A DNA stretch of 64,000 nucleotides from Candidatus Poribacteria bacterium (GCA_965197475.1 CBDANF010000003.1:384001-448000), one strand, 5' to 3'. Counted from the first letter of the stretch, positions 1 to 11,201 are shown. The notes: generated from the letters alone by a model not told the origin. Numbers and translations: made by a program.

Positions 1-939
1 TCATTGAAATCAAAGGAGAACCCTTTCGTTTTTTTGTTTCCATGTATATCATATAACTTAACTACTACATAGTTTTTTTCTCAGGTGGAAATTCAGTAGT
101 CGTAAATTCAACTATCGTATTATATTTACCTTCTAAGAGTTTGCAACTCGCCAGGTTGAAGTCGCGAAAAGTCCCCAACACGGCTTGATAGAGTCCATCG
201 GGATCAGATACCTGAAAGCGAAGGCGAATAGCATCTGATGATATAGTGAGGCTCGGGGGAAGCATTTGAACAGTTGTGTTGTCATTTACGGGGCCTTGGG
301 TAGGGTTGAAGTAGGGATGTATATTTAACAATTCAGCAGCACATAATGAAATTTCACTTTGGAATGCCCAATCTCCGTAGGACATTATATATATATATCA
401 TCTCGCCAATCGTGGTCTAACCCAAAGGTATGCCCAAGTTCGTGTGCAACAACATTAAGTACTCTGCACCCGCGAACGTTGATAAAAGCAAATCTTCCGG
501 CTCCTATCCCACAGAACCCTTTTATATCTAGCTCAATGAAGATGAGGCAGATATTCTTTGATGTGTCAAAATATGCACCAATTTCTTTTTTAATTTTGCC
601 AGTAAAGTCGTCACGCTGGTAATGGGCATTCTGGTAATGGGCATTATTAAACTTTCCTTCTACATGATGTACTACCTTTCCAGTTGTATCTGCTTCAAAC
701 GTAAATGTTTTTCTGCCAAATCCATGCCGTGCCATCTCATCGGCGTAAAACTTTTGAGCATCTTTCACCAATGTATCCAGTTTTGTATCTATGTCAGGAT
801 CAGGTTGACGGTCATTCGGGATAAAATAGATTACTCGTACAACATATTCGGGTGAGTCGTCTTGCGCGAAACTATTCGGCACAAATGTGAACGTTACAAA
901 AGTAAGTAGTGTGAGTGTGAGACATAACATCGTTTTCAT
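1..939 (-). pseudogene. Secreted zinc metallopeptidase-like protein (HExxH), split by frameshifts; continues off the left edge
   Basis: ORF 385..939 has a signal peptide and VAHELGHTFGLDH. ORF 65..385 continues with MSYG (Met-turn-like). The junction is an (AT)n tract at 386-398, and a second shift appears at the T7 tract at 73-79. Confidence 0.7.
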
Positions 940-1006
940 GCGTTAGTTCTCCTTTATTATAGATTGTTTATCATCTATAGCTGCTTGCCAGAGATTTTGT
1001 GTTTAT

Positions 1007-1041
1007 GTAGGGACAGGTAAGGCATAAAAACCTCGCCCTAC
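1007..1041. repeat. GTAG-type REP-like hairpin
   Basis: GTAGGGACAGGT...ACCTCGCCCTAC imperfect inverted repeat just downstream of the 1055..3421 gene. Confidence 0.5.
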
Positions 1042-1054
1042 AGTGCTAAATATT

Positions 1055-3397
1055 TCATTCACCTTGAATAATCTTAAACTTATGTGCAGCCTCTTCCAAA
1101 CCGATAAAACGACTATAAATTGCTACGTGACTCAGTTTGCCTTTCCAGTTCCTGCCGCCACTTGCTTCATCGCCGAAAAGCAACGGATAGCGTTCCCAAT
1201 TACTGAAATCCCCTTGCGTTCCGTTGCTAACATGGACAAGTTCACCGTTAATGTAGCAGTAGACGTTCCCCTCAAAATAACTGACGATGACGTGCGTAGG
1301 TTTTCCCAGTTCAATCTTACCGAAAGCAAACTCGCCACCTAACGCATTCGTGCCGGTTCTCGGCGTGCGAATTCTCACAGCAAAACTGCTTCCATCCTGT
1401 CCGAAAGTGAAGTTACGATGGGTAGCGTCGTTTGAGAAGGAGATAATCCGCGCGGGACCACTCTGGTCAAGATTATCCGTCGTAACGAGACACTCAAGCG
1501 TTAATTGATTATTTTGTTGACATGCTGCGAGGAGTGTATCATTGACATTCTTGGCAAGGATTGCACCGCCTGTTAGATCCATCTGTCCGTTTTCAGTAAT
1601 TGATGCGTCGTCCCGCGGTTCAATTTCATTGCTACCATCAAGTGTGCCGTGCCAGAGAAACACAAGTTCATCGCTTGAACCGGGAAATTCTGTATGCGTC
1701 CCGACATCAGTGGGTGCTTCGGGGGATACATGGATTGCCAAGGATGTTGTAGATATTACGCCTTCAGCATCAGTCACAGTGAGCGTCACGATGTATTGTC
1801 CGAGGCTTTCGTAAACGTGTGTTGGATTCAATTCATCGGATATAGTGCCATCTCCGAAATCCCAATGTTGCATCAAATCGTCTGCTGCGGAGAAGTTAAC
1901 CGTGAACGGCGCACTCCCTTGCAGTGCATCAGCGGATGCTTTTGCCTCAGGACGGAGTTTCTCACCTGGCGAGTATAACGTAAAACGATACGCGAAACCA
2001 CTGTGGGGTGCAGCGAACCTATACGTTCCCGGTTGTGCTGTCCCGATAGGAATGATTTTCATGTTCCATGTATCCACACGATCGACTTTATAGGGTTGTT
2101 CTCCTTTCAGATCTAAGATTATCGTTTGTGGGGCAGTCATGTAAACAAGGTAGTATTCCCCATGTTTGGCGAGGATGTATCGACCTGCATCATCACCGAT
2201 CGGTTCAAGCGTATCAAACGGCGGTGCATCAGTCATGAAGTCTCTGAGAAATGCAATTCTCGGTGGACTTTCACCACGCAGCACACCTCCTTTTGCCCAC
2301 CAAAGAAGGTCTTCAGGATGTTTGTATGTTTCCCCGTGCCCGACGTAGCATCCTGAAACAGTTCCTGCCCAAAAGTGTTGTACCATTTCTTGTGGTGTTA
2401 GACTTCCCCATCCCTGTGGAACATCCCCTTCGTAGCGGCACTCATCATAGATAACAGGTTTTCCGTATCGGGTACGATAGTGGATTCCCTCTGCCATATT
2501 ATAAGTTTGGATACTGGTGTGTGTCACCCACGGTTTGTTGTGATCATACCAACCTCTGCAGTTGTGAATCCCACGTAACCGCTGATACGGGTCATGGTCG
2601 CGGATAATCTGGAAAAACCGATCCCAATCCGATTCCTCTTTCGCTGGCATGATGTCATATTCATTTGCCAGAGACCACCAGACGTTTCGGAAAGTCGCCA
2701 AGCGCGCAACTGTATACCGAAGGTAACGGTCATCACTTTCGGCATCCATGTTTTCAAAATCCCATCTGTCATAAGTGTGGAAAAGAATAATATCCGCTTC
2801 AATACCGAGCTTTAATAGGTCTTGAACGCGCTGCTCAAAATGCTGCCAGAATTCGGGATTGAATCTTGTGAAATCCCAATCTTTCAGTGGTTTTCCTTCA
2901 TACGGATAGTAGGCCGGTTCATTTTTGTTGTAGCTGTAATCCTTGGGAAAGACACACATCCGTATCTTGTTGAAGGGTGCCATGCTGAGGGTTTTGAGCG
3001 TCTGTTCCTCCATAGCATCCCCTTGATGCGCCCATGCGTAGCAAGTTGTACCAAACTGATGATACGGTGAATCATCGGCATAACGGAGATAGAAATTCTT
3101 ATGGACTTGCACAGGTCCATGGTTCCCCTCGGAAGGTTCAATGCATGTGAACTGACCCGTTTTACCGTCGAGCTCGGTGCTGTTACTTTTCGTAGTGTAG
3201 GTCCATTCCCCAACTTCGTCGGGCATGAATCGGATTTTGTATATTCCGTCTCCGTCGTAGAACCCGTGTGGTTCAAAAGTCCGACTCCCTTTTATATCAC
3301 GGCGTTTAAATTCTGCTGTCAATTCGACCTCAACGAACGGATTTCCCATTCCTGGTCCATTCAAAGTTAACTCATATATTCCCCAACGTTCAACCAT
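1055..3397 (-). CDS. DUF5060/DUF4038 (apiosidase-like) putative glycoside hydrolase with PKD and LamG-like domains
   Basis: N-terminal FYDGDGIYKIRFMP; GTTCYAW and WWSLANEYD catalytic-like motifs; PKD motif WDFGDG...NPTHVY; C-terminal GPARIISFS LamG-like domain; AAGGAG RBS before ATG 3397. Confidence 0.75.
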   Translation of the reverse strand: MVERWGIYELTLNGPGMGNPFVEVELTAEFKRRDIKGSRTFEPHGFYDGDGIYKIRFMPDEVGEWTYTTKSNSTELDGKTGQFTCIEPSEGNHGPVQVHKNFYLRYADDSPYHQFGTTCYAWAHQGDAMEEQTLKTLSMAPFNKIRMCVFPKDYSYNKNEPAYYPYEGKPLKDWDFTRFNPEFWQHFEQRVQDLLKLGIEADIILFHTYDRWDFENMDAESDDRYLRYTVARLATFRNVWWSLANEYDIMPAKEESDWDRFFQIIRDHDPYQRLRGIHNCRGWYDHNKPWVTHTSIQTYNMAEGIHYRTRYGKPVIYDECRYEGDVPQGWGSLTPQEMVQHFWAGTVSGCYVGHGETYKHPEDLLWWAKGGVLRGESPPRIAFLRDFMTDAPPFDTLEPIGDDAGRYILAKHGEYYLVYMTAPQTIILDLKGEQPYKVDRVDTWNMKIIPIGTAQPGTYRFAAPHSGFAYRFTLYSPGEKLRPEAKASADALQGSAPFTVNFSAADDLMQHWDFGDGTISDELNPTHVYESLGQYIVTLTVTDAEGVISTTSLAIHVSPEAPTDVGTHTEFPGSSDELVFLWHGTLDGSNEIEPRDDASITENGQMDLTGGAILAKNVNDTLLAACQQNNQLTLECLVTTDNLDQSGPARIISFSNDATHRNFTFGQDGSSFAVRIRTPRTGTNALGGEFAFGKIELGKPTHVIVSYFEGNVYCYINGELVHVSNGTQGDFSNWERYPLLFGDEASGGRNWKGKLSHVAIYSRFIGLEEAAHKFKIIQGE

Positions 3398-3752
3398 AGA
3401 TTTCTCCTTATCTTGTTTCAAATGTGCCTATGTATTTCCGAACGAAATGATTCCAATGAGAAAGATTATAGAAAAAATACGTCTCAATGTCCGACCTCCA
3501 CTAGTCAAACTATAGCAGCTTGACGATAATATAACGAGGTTTTCTGTTCCAAAAACGGTATGTCCTTACATTGCTCAAGTATACTTGAAAAATTGACGTG
3601 CGTCAAGAAATTCTGAGACATTCACAAAGCCATTCAGTTTTCGAAAACATATCAATGTATGTGTAGGTAATAATCATGTGTGGCATGATATTTCACGCCA
3701 CACATGATGGACTTCACCGTAAAGATTACCCTAAAATCATTTGAGGTGAACA

Positions 3753-4617
3753 ATGACAAAACCAAGGTCTCGCCATCTCCTTGAAATGTTAGCAGAAATT
3801 CCTGATTTTCGCGAGGCACAAGGCAAACGCGATCCGCTCTCTGCCATTTTAGGTCTTACGGTTTGGGCAATGCTGTGGGTTATCGTAGTTACAGCACTAT
3901 CGCACATGGGGCGAACTTATCACTCCGCGCTCGTCCGGGCACTTGGGTTCACACACAAAAAACACCTTGTGCCTCAACGCTACCCTATTTTCAAAAACAT
4001 AAACGTAGAAGCGTTACAAAAACATTGAGTGAGTAGGCATCCGGTGTGTTGGCGGCTTTGCCTGATGAAGTTGACACGACTGCCATGGCAATGGATGGCA
4101 AATCCTTATTATGTCATGCCTGTCAAGGCGAACCAGAAATCATTTTTAGATGATATTCGCACCTTATTTAAACCCTTAACCACAGGCGAGAGCAGCATCC
4201 AGGCAGACCAAAGCACTCAAAAATACACACGCTGCTCTCTGCGCACATCTGGAGGACTCTCACGAAACAGTTGAAAAAGGACGCTGTTGGACTGAAACAC
4301 ACACGCATACCCGCACAGGAAAAACAACACATTGGATACAATATAGCATAACGAGTTTGCCACCAGAAGACAGCTCCGCAGCACGATTTTTGACACTACG
4401 GCGTGGACATTGGGCAATAGAGAACCTTTCACATCGCACTCGGGATATGCTATTTGGTGAGGATGCGTCTCAAGTGCGGTGTGGTAGCATACCACAAGTA
4501 ATGTGCACATTACGCAATACGGTGATGAGCCTGTTGTGCACCTCTGGATACACAAAAATAGCATACGCACTCCGAAATTTCGCCGCACATCCAGACCAAG
4601 CACTTAAACTTATCTGA
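3753..4617 (+). pseudogene. ISAs1-family transposase remnant
   Basis: Fragments IPDFR..QGKR.PLSAIL, YVMPVKANQK and RGHWAIEN.SH..RD..FGED are ISAs1 hallmarks; several frameshifts and stops. Confidence 0.85.
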
Positions 4618-4645
4618 ATAAATACCGAAAATTGAATGGTCTGAC

Positions 4646-4674
4646 TTGCAATTTTCAGTCAAGTATAGTATAAT
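4646..4674 (+). promoter_or_regulatory. Sigma-70-type promoter for sucC operon
   Basis: TTGCAA-N17-TATAAT about 80 bp upstream of sucC. Confidence 0.55.
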
Positions 4675-4755
4675 CTTTAAATATATTTTCCTCATAACAC
4701 GCTGATGATCTACCTAATGCAGACGTAGGAAATTTTACAACAAAATATACATAAA

Positions 4756-5940
4756 ATGAACATACACGAATACCAAGCTAAAGAGTTTTTAGAGTCCTTC
4801 GGTGTTAATACACTCCCCGGTAGAGTCGCTGAAACGCCGGAAGAAGCGGTAGACATTGCCAAAACAATTGGTTGTCCACGATATGTTGTGAAAGCGCAAA
4901 TTCATGCAGGTGGACGCGGAAAAGGTGGCGGCGTTAAACTCGCAAACTCCATCGCTGAAGTAAAACAACTCACCGCAAATATGCTCGGAATGCAACTGGT
5001 AACACCTCAGACGGGTCCCGAAGGCAAACTTGTTAGAAAAGTTCTTATTGTCCAAGCCGCTGAAATACAGAAAGAGTTCTATCTTGCCATTTTACTTGAT
5101 CGAGAGACATCACAAATCACCTTAATTGGAAGCGAAGAGGGGGGTGTCAATATTGAAGAAGTAGCGGCACGAACCCCCGAAAAGATTATTAAGACACAGA
5201 TTCATCCCGCCTTTGGGTTAACCGAATTTCAAGCACGAGAATTCGCATACAAACTGATCACTGACACAACCTATCGGCAAGTTATCCCAAACACCGCTGA
5301 GTTGATTATGTGTCTTTACAATGCGTTTGTTGAATGCGATTGTTCACTGATAGAGATTAATCCGTTAACAATTGTAGGTGAAGATGATGACTTAGAAATC
5401 GTCGCGCTTGACTCTAAAGTCAACTTTGACGACAATTCCCTCTGGCGGCATTCAGAAATTTCTGTGATGCGCGATCTACACGAAGAAGACCCCAGCGAAT
5501 TAGAGGCAAGTGAATCTGGACTTAGTTACATCCGCCTTGATGGTAATATCGGCTGTATGGTAAACGGAGCGGGTTTGGCTATGGCAACAATGGATATTAT
5601 CAAACAGAAAGGTGGCGAACCTGCGAACTTTCTTGATGTCGGCGGCGGTGCATCCGTAGAGGCAGTCGCACACGCTTTCCGTCTCATCCTTGCTGACGAA
5701 AACGTAAAAGCCGTTCTTGTTAATATCTTTGGCGGCATCATGAAATGCGACACTATAGCAACAGGGATTGTTGAGGCTGCAAAGCAGGTCAAACTCAACG
5801 TTCCGCTTGTGGTTCGATTAGAAGGGACAAATGTGGAACTCGGAAAACAAATTATTGCCGAATCTGATTTGAACCTTCAACTGGCAGAGGGGCTTTCTGA
5901 AGCAGCGGAACTTGCGGTGACTGCAGCAAACGCTGCATAG
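4756..5940 (+). CDS. sucC: Succinyl-CoA synthetase beta subunit
   Basis: [48 protein letters not shown]. Confidence 0.97.
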   Translation: MNIHEYQAKEFLESFGVNTLPGRVAETPEEAVDIAKTIGCPRYVVKAQIHAGGRGKGGGVKLANSIAEVKQLTANMLGMQLVTPQTGPEGKLVRKVLIVQAAEIQKEFYLAILLDRETSQITLIGSEEGGVNIEEVAARTPEKIIKTQIHPAFGLTEFQAREFAYKLITDTTYRQVIPNTAELIMCLYNAFVECDCSLIEINPLTIVGEDDDLEIVALDSKVNFDDNSLWRHSEISVMRDLHEEDPSELEASESGLSYIRLDGNIGCMVNGAGLAMATMDIIKQKGGEPANFLDVGGGASVEAVAHAFRLILADENVKAVLVNIFGGIMKCDTIATGIVEAAKQVKLNVPLVVRLEGTNVELGKQIIAESDLNLQLAEGLSEAAELAVTAANAA

Positions 5941-5971
5941 ATATGTTTTTCGGGTGGGCAGGAAAGAGAAA

Positions 5972-7162
5972 ATGGCAAAACTTGAATTAGCAGATATAGA
6001 CGTAGCCGGAAAACGGGTTCTCGTACGCGTGGACTTTAACGTCCCTCTTAAAGACGGAAAAATTACGGATAAAACCCGTATTACTGCTGCTTTGCCAACC
6101 CTTTTAGACCTTATCCATCGGAATGCAAAAATTATCCTTGTTACACACTTAGGCAGACCAACAGTAGGATCATCCACAGATCGCGAAGAACTTTCTACCG
6201 CCCCAATTGCTATTGCACTTAGTCAAAAACTGGGCAAACGTGTTGCACATGTTGGCGATTGTATTGGTGGAACAGTGCAAAATGCTGTTGATTCGTTAGA
6301 AAACGGTGAGATTCTACTCCTTGAGAACGTTCGGTTTTATACCGAGGAAACAGATAACGATCCAGAATTTTCGAAGCAACTTGCCTCTCTTGCAGATGTT
6401 TATGTCAACGATGCCTTTGGGACTGCCCATCGCGCTCATGCCTCAACTGAAGGGGTTACACACTACCTGACAACGTGTGCCGTAGGTTTACTCATGGCAC
6501 GCGAAATACATTACCTCAGCATGAGTCTTGAGAACCCCGCGCGACCTTATGTGGCAATTCTTGGTGGCGCGAAAATATCCGATAAAATTACGCTGATTGA
6601 GAATCTATTGGGAAAGGTTGATAGTCTATTAATCGGTGGTGGTATGACTTACACGTTTCTTGCTGCAATGGGAGTTTCTATCGGTAATTCGCTCGTTGAA
6701 ACGGAGAAACTTGACGTTGCAGCATCACTAATTAAAAAGGAAGGGTTTTCAGATTCCGTCCTCCTACCTGCTGATCACGTTGTAGGGCGCGCGTTTGATC
6801 CTGAAACCGAATCTCAGATTATAGATGAAGTGGCTATCCCTGATGGATGGCAAGGATTGGACATCGGTCCCAAAACTGTTGCTGCATTTGGTGAACGGAT
6901 CACTTCAGCGAAAACGGTAGTGTGGAACGGACCTTTAGGTGTCTATGAATTCAAAAAGTTTGCACAAGGCACAATTGCAGTTGCTAAACAGATTGCTGCC
7001 TCACAAGCAGTAAGTATCATAGGCGGTGGTGACTGTGTCGCTGCAATACAGCAAGCAGGAGTCGCTGATCGGATTACGCATGTTTCTACTGGTGGCGGAG
7101 CGTCATTAGAGTTTTTAGAGGGTAAACCCTTGCCCGGCATCACGGCATTAACTGACAAATAA
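5972..7162 (+). CDS. pgk: Phosphoglycerate kinase
   Basis: RVDFNVPL, LLENVRF, NDAFGTAHRAHAS, HVSTGGGASLEFLEG. Confidence 0.97.
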   Translation: MAKLELADIDVAGKRVLVRVDFNVPLKDGKITDKTRITAALPTLLDLIHRNAKIILVTHLGRPTVGSSTDREELSTAPIAIALSQKLGKRVAHVGDCIGGTVQNAVDSLENGEILLLENVRFYTEETDNDPEFSKQLASLADVYVNDAFGTAHRAHASTEGVTHYLTTCAVGLLMAREIHYLSMSLENPARPYVAILGGAKISDKITLIENLLGKVDSLLIGGGMTYTFLAAMGVSIGNSLVETEKLDVAASLIKKEGFSDSVLLPADHVVGRAFDPETESQIIDEVAIPDGWQGLDIGPKTVAAFGERITSAKTVVWNGPLGVYEFKKFAQGTIAVAKQIAASQAVSIIGGGDCVAAIQQAGVADRITHVSTGGGASLEFLEGKPLPGITALTDK

Positions 7163-7183
7163 CCAAAACAGAGAACTACTAAA

Positions 7184-8620
7184 ATGTTTGATAAAATTAC
7201 GCCTCGTAGCGAAGACTACGCAAAATGGTATACACAAGTCATCCGCCAAGCAGAGATGGCAGATTATGCCCCTGTCCGCGGGTGCATGGTGGTGCGTCCT
7301 TACGGCTATGCGCTCTGGGAAAACGTCAAGGAACAACTGGATATCCGCTTCAAAGCGACTGGTCATCAAAACGCTGCCTTTCCGCTTTTCATTCCGATGA
7401 GTTTTATTGAGAAAGAGGCTGAGCACGTCGAAGGTTTTAAACCTGAGCTCGCTGTCGTCACACACGGTGGTGGTAAAAAATTGGAAGAGCCGCTCGTCGT
7501 GCGACCAACATCTGAAACCATCATCGGCTATATGTATAGCCAGTGGATACAATCTTACCGAGACCTACCCGTGCTTATCAACCAGTGGGCAAACGTGGTG
7601 CGATGGGAGTTGCGTCCCCGCCTTTTCCTCCGAACGATGGAATTTTTCTGGCAAGAAGGGCATACTGCGCATGCAACGCATGAGGAAGCAGAAGAGGAGA
7701 CACTCCGCATCCTTGACATTTACACCGATTTTGCGGTTAACGAAGCTGCGATACCAGTCATTCCCGGTCGTAAAAGTGATAGTGAAAAGTTTCCCGGTGC
7801 CTTAACCTCCTACACAATTGAGGCAATGATGGGTGATAAGCGCGCACTTCAAGCAGGCACATCACACGATCTCGGACAAAACTTTGCTAAGGTCTTTGAT
7901 ATACAATATCTTGATGCAAACCAGAAACAACAGCACTGTTGGACAACCAGTTGGGGTGTTAGCACCCGGATGATTGGTGCGATTATCATGACACACGGAG
8001 ATGACCAAGGATTGGTGATGCCGCCAAGACTCGCACCCACGCAACTTGTTATCGTTCCGATTGTACCGAAAAATAACGATGATGCTAAACAGGCTGTCAC
8101 GCAAACCGTTAATGCAATCTGTGAAACCTTAGGCAGTATCCGCTACCATGTTGATGACCGGTACGAGTATTCCCCCGGTTGGCGATTCAACGAATGGGAA
8201 CTTAAAGGCGTGCCTTTGCGGATAGAGATTGGTCCTCGCGATATTGAAAATAAACAGGTCGTCTTTGCCAGACGAGATATTCCTGGTAAAGAAGGCAAAA
8301 CGTTCATCCCAATTGCCAATGTTGCTGAGACAGCAACGCAGATGCTTGACACAATTCAGGCGGATATGCTCAAACGTGCCACAGAATTCCGAGATGCAAA
8401 CACCTTTGAAGCAGAAAATTATGATTCATTTAAGGAGATTGTTGAAAACGGATTTGCACGTGCATGGTGGTGCGGAAACGCAGAATGCGAAGATAAGGTA
8501 AAAGAAGAGACACAAGCAACTATCCGATGTATCCCGATGGAGCAACCTGGTGGAGATGGTGCGTGTATTGTCTGCGGCACACAAGCAAAAGAGATCACAA
8601 TTTTTGCACGCGCATACTAA
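7184..8620 (+). CDS. proS: Prolyl-tRNA synthetase (archaeal/eukaryotic-type)
   Basis: RPTSET, QWANVVRWE, FFWQEGHT, QAGTSHDLGQNF, C-terminal Zn-binding region ending FARAY. Confidence 0.96.
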   Translation: MFDKITPRSEDYAKWYTQVIRQAEMADYAPVRGCMVVRPYGYALWENVKEQLDIRFKATGHQNAAFPLFIPMSFIEKEAEHVEGFKPELAVVTHGGGKKLEEPLVVRPTSETIIGYMYSQWIQSYRDLPVLINQWANVVRWELRPRLFLRTMEFFWQEGHTAHATHEEAEEETLRILDIYTDFAVNEAAIPVIPGRKSDSEKFPGALTSYTIEAMMGDKRALQAGTSHDLGQNFAKVFDIQYLDANQKQQHCWTTSWGVSTRMIGAIIMTHGDDQGLVMPPRLAPTQLVIVPIVPKNNDDAKQAVTQTVNAICETLGSIRYHVDDRYEYSPGWRFNEWELKGVPLRIEIGPRDIENKQVVFARRDIPGKEGKTFIPIANVAETATQMLDTIQADMLKRATEFRDANTFEAENYDSFKEIVENGFARAWWCGNAECEDKVKEETQATIRCIPMEQPGGDGACIVCGTQAKEITIFARAY

Positions 8621-8667
8621 CATAAACTATAGTTTGGGTTTACGATGTGTACTAAAGAAGGCATTAA

Positions 8668-9111
8668 ATGAAAAAGAAGGTTTTACTCCTTGCGATCTGT
8701 TTTCTAATCGTAAGTACTAACGCATTCGCAGAACTCACACAATCCGATCTTGATAATATAGACAAACTTATTAAGGCATCTGAAACTCGGATTAAGGAAT
8801 ATGTCGATTTAAAAATCAACGCTTTAGATGTCAAGTTAACCGGTCAAATCAAGGCTTTAGACGAAAGGTTAAGCGGTCAAATAGAGGCTGTAGGTGAACG
8901 GATCAATGGCGTAGGTGGACGATTGACACAAATATATGGGTTTGTGATTGCATTGGTTGCTTTGATTGCTGTGGCTGTAGCGTTGCCACAAATCCTTGTA
9001 GCAAGACAAGGAAAAGAGATGCTGCGCACACAAAACCAACGAATTGAGACGTTGCAACAAGAGATAGAAAAACTTAAACAGGAACGTATTGACAAAGATC
9101 TTAAAATGTAA
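8668..9111 (+). CDS. Hypothetical protein: signal peptide, coiled coil and TM helix
   Basis: 147-aa ORF with heptad-like repeats and hydrophobic IYGFVIALVALIAVAVALP. Confidence 0.7.
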   Translation: MKKKVLLLAICFLIVSTNAFAELTQSDLDNIDKLIKASETRIKEYVDLKINALDVKLTGQIKALDERLSGQIEAVGERINGVGGRLTQIYGFVIALVALIAVAVALPQILVARQGKEMLRTQNQRIETLQQEIEKLKQERIDKDLKM

Positions 9112-9232
9112 AAACTTCCTATGAAATGGCATAACATAACCCAAGTTACTACCCGTAGAATACCACACGCAGAATTCAAAACGCGTATTCTACCCTTTCT
9201 GTTCAATTTGTGTAGGCACTAAAGAATTTAGG

Positions 9233-9427
9233 ATGTTTCTCATGAAAAATATAAAGTATTTAGGCAAAGTGGTACTGATTATTCTGGGCGTAGTTTGGTT
9301 GGGATGCTCTTTTAGTGGGTGTTCGCATAATACTCCTTTACTGTTTACCATTTTGATACTACTGTGTGTAAACACAGTGCTTTTGGTATTTTGTTTATAC
9401 TTACTTATCAAGATAATTTTGAGATAA
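9233..9427 (+). CDS. Small hypothetical membrane protein
   Basis: 64-aa ORF with two hydrophobic segments; weak support. Confidence 0.35.
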   Translation: MFLMKNIKYLGKVVLIILGVVWLGCSFSGCSHNTPLLFTILILLCVNTVLLVFCLYLLIKIILR

Positions 9428-9582
9428 CTGAAATAACGCTGTAGCGTGATTCTTATGTTAGGGAATCATATCTCTACAGAATGAACATTCAGAACTGAAC
9501 CGTATTTTTCACATGATAACCAAATTGAAAGAGCAAAGCGTGTTAGACTAAAAATCATAAACGAATAAATCGGAGGAATTAA

Positions 9583-10257
9583 ATGAATTTCAAACAGAAA
9601 ATCGCATATATGGCAATCGGGTGTCTATTCACATTAGCAGGTTATTTCCTTGCTACACTGGGATCAGGAGGGTTTAACCCACAAAATGCATCCGCACAAG
9701 CACCCACTCAACGAAGGTCACCTTTCACAACACCTGAGGTTAACCCACAAAATGCATCCGAACCAGCGAGTGACGGAAAGGCAATTAATGAAATTATTCT
9801 GTGTAGAAAATTGATGATAGTCAATGCTAAGGGTAAACCAGTTGCCGTTTTGGGCGATAGGGGTGAAGGAGGCGGCGCATTGTCTATCTATAACAAAGCG
9901 GGTAAAATGGTCGCTAAACTGGATAGTACTGATGGAAACGGTATGGTATCCATTTTAAACAAAGAAGGTCTACCTGTTGGATTCATGGGAGTAGATGATA
10001 GAGGACTCGGTATAATGGGCACCATGAATAAAGCAGGAAATATAGTTGCGAAATTGCAAGTAGGCAAAAATGGAAACGGCGGGTTGACCATTGCCAACAA
10101 AGAAGAGATACCAATTGCTATCATAATTGCAGACAGAAATGACAACGGTTCCCTAGTCATCACTAACAAAGAAGGGAAAGCCGTTGCTGGATTGGCCGTT
10201 ACCGACAAAGGCGGTAGACTGGGTAGTTTTTACGAAGGAAAGTGGAGATATTACTAA
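9583..10257 (+). CDS. Hypothetical exported protein with ~23-aa Gly-rich beta repeats
   Basis: GGAGG RBS; N-terminal TM; repeated G.G.L.I.NK.G..VA.L units. Confidence 0.75.
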   Translation: MNFKQKIAYMAIGCLFTLAGYFLATLGSGGFNPQNASAQAPTQRRSPFTTPEVNPQNASEPASDGKAINEIILCRKLMIVNAKGKPVAVLGDRGEGGGALSIYNKAGKMVAKLDSTDGNGMVSILNKEGLPVGFMGVDDRGLGIMGTMNKAGNIVAKLQVGKNGNGGLTIANKEEIPIAIIIADRNDNGSLVITNKEGKAVAGLAVTDKGGRLGSFYEGKWRYY

Positions 10258-10302
10258 CCAATTAAAAATGAATTCATAATTATGTATTAGAGGAGGAGAA
10301 AA

Positions 10303-10713
10303 ATGGCTGGATATATCAAAATCTATTGTATTGGAAATGAGACTTATGATGGCATTAACCCAATTTTTTATCAAATTTTAGTTGGAACTTCAGACCGAAT
10401 GTGGTTAGAACCGCATTATTTTGACAAGAGTTTTAGTCCCCTTGGAAAAGTTAAAGTTATTGTTCCTCCAAGCCCTAACCATCCAGATATTCTTCTTGAT
10501 GCATGTATTGCATTTAGTCCAAAGTTCTTTGAGTCATGTCCATCACTTGGTAAAGTCGCTCAAGTGCTTGCTGATGCAGAACGGATTGACTTTCACATGA
10601 AGGGTGAGCCAGTTGGTTGGGCGGAACTTCGAGAAGAATCACGCCCTTTATTCAAAGAAATGACAATTTTTGAAGCAGAACTCAGAAAAAATCAGGGACC
10701 CAGTGTATGGTAA
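10303..10713 (+). CDS. Hypothetical protein
   Basis: GAGGAG RBS, 136-aa ORF. Confidence 0.7.
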   Translation: MAGYIKIYCIGNETYDGINPIFYQILVGTSDRMWLEPHYFDKSFSPLGKVKVIVPPSPNHPDILLDACIAFSPKFFESCPSLGKVAQVLADAERIDFHMKGEPVGWAELREESRPLFKEMTIFEAELRKNQGPSVW

Positions 10714-10877
10714 GATAGCTGGGTAGAATTAAAAACCACAATTTTTTGAAAAAGGATGCTCGTTGATTAACTAAATAGAATGTTTACGATGAATTGAGTT
10801 ACATGCCTACAGCTAGAAACATGTTAAGTATATTTCTACAACCGTTTTATGGGATGTATTATAGAAATGGAGGAATA

Positions 10878-11201
10878 ATGATTATTTGGGGTTCTGGAGG
10901 GAAGGTGGTTAACTGTGGTTCTGCAGGTTCACGTTACTGTGAAGTTTGTGAAAGAGAACGACAGTTCAACCTAATTTTACAATATAGGTATTGGGGTTTA
11001 TATTGGATATTTAACTTCATAACAGAAAAACAATACCTCCTGTTATGTGATATATGTAGCAGAGGTTGGGAGCTGAATAACGAAGAAGTCGAGTCAGATT
11101 TGGAAAGAGTCCCTATTCCTTTTATGCGGCGTTATGGGTGCCTCACCTTAATAGGTGGGATTGCTGCAATTGGGATTATTGGTTCTATTGGTGGATGTTG
11201 A
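10878..11201 (+). CDS. Zinc-ribbon membrane protein
   Basis: GGAGG RBS before MIIWG; CEVC...CDIC pairs; C-terminal TM helix. Confidence 0.7.
   Translation: MIIWGSGGKVVNCGSAGSRYCEVCERERQFNLILQYRYWGLYWIFNFITEKQYLLLCDICSRGWELNNEEVESDLERVPIPFMRRYGCLTLIGGIAAIGIIGSIGGC

Noticed and set aside
3673-3708. 16-bp hairpin upstream of the ISAs1 remnant as an element end or ncRNA
   Set aside because: The inverted repeat is real, but I found no matching partner at the other end of the remnant and no support for an RNA family.
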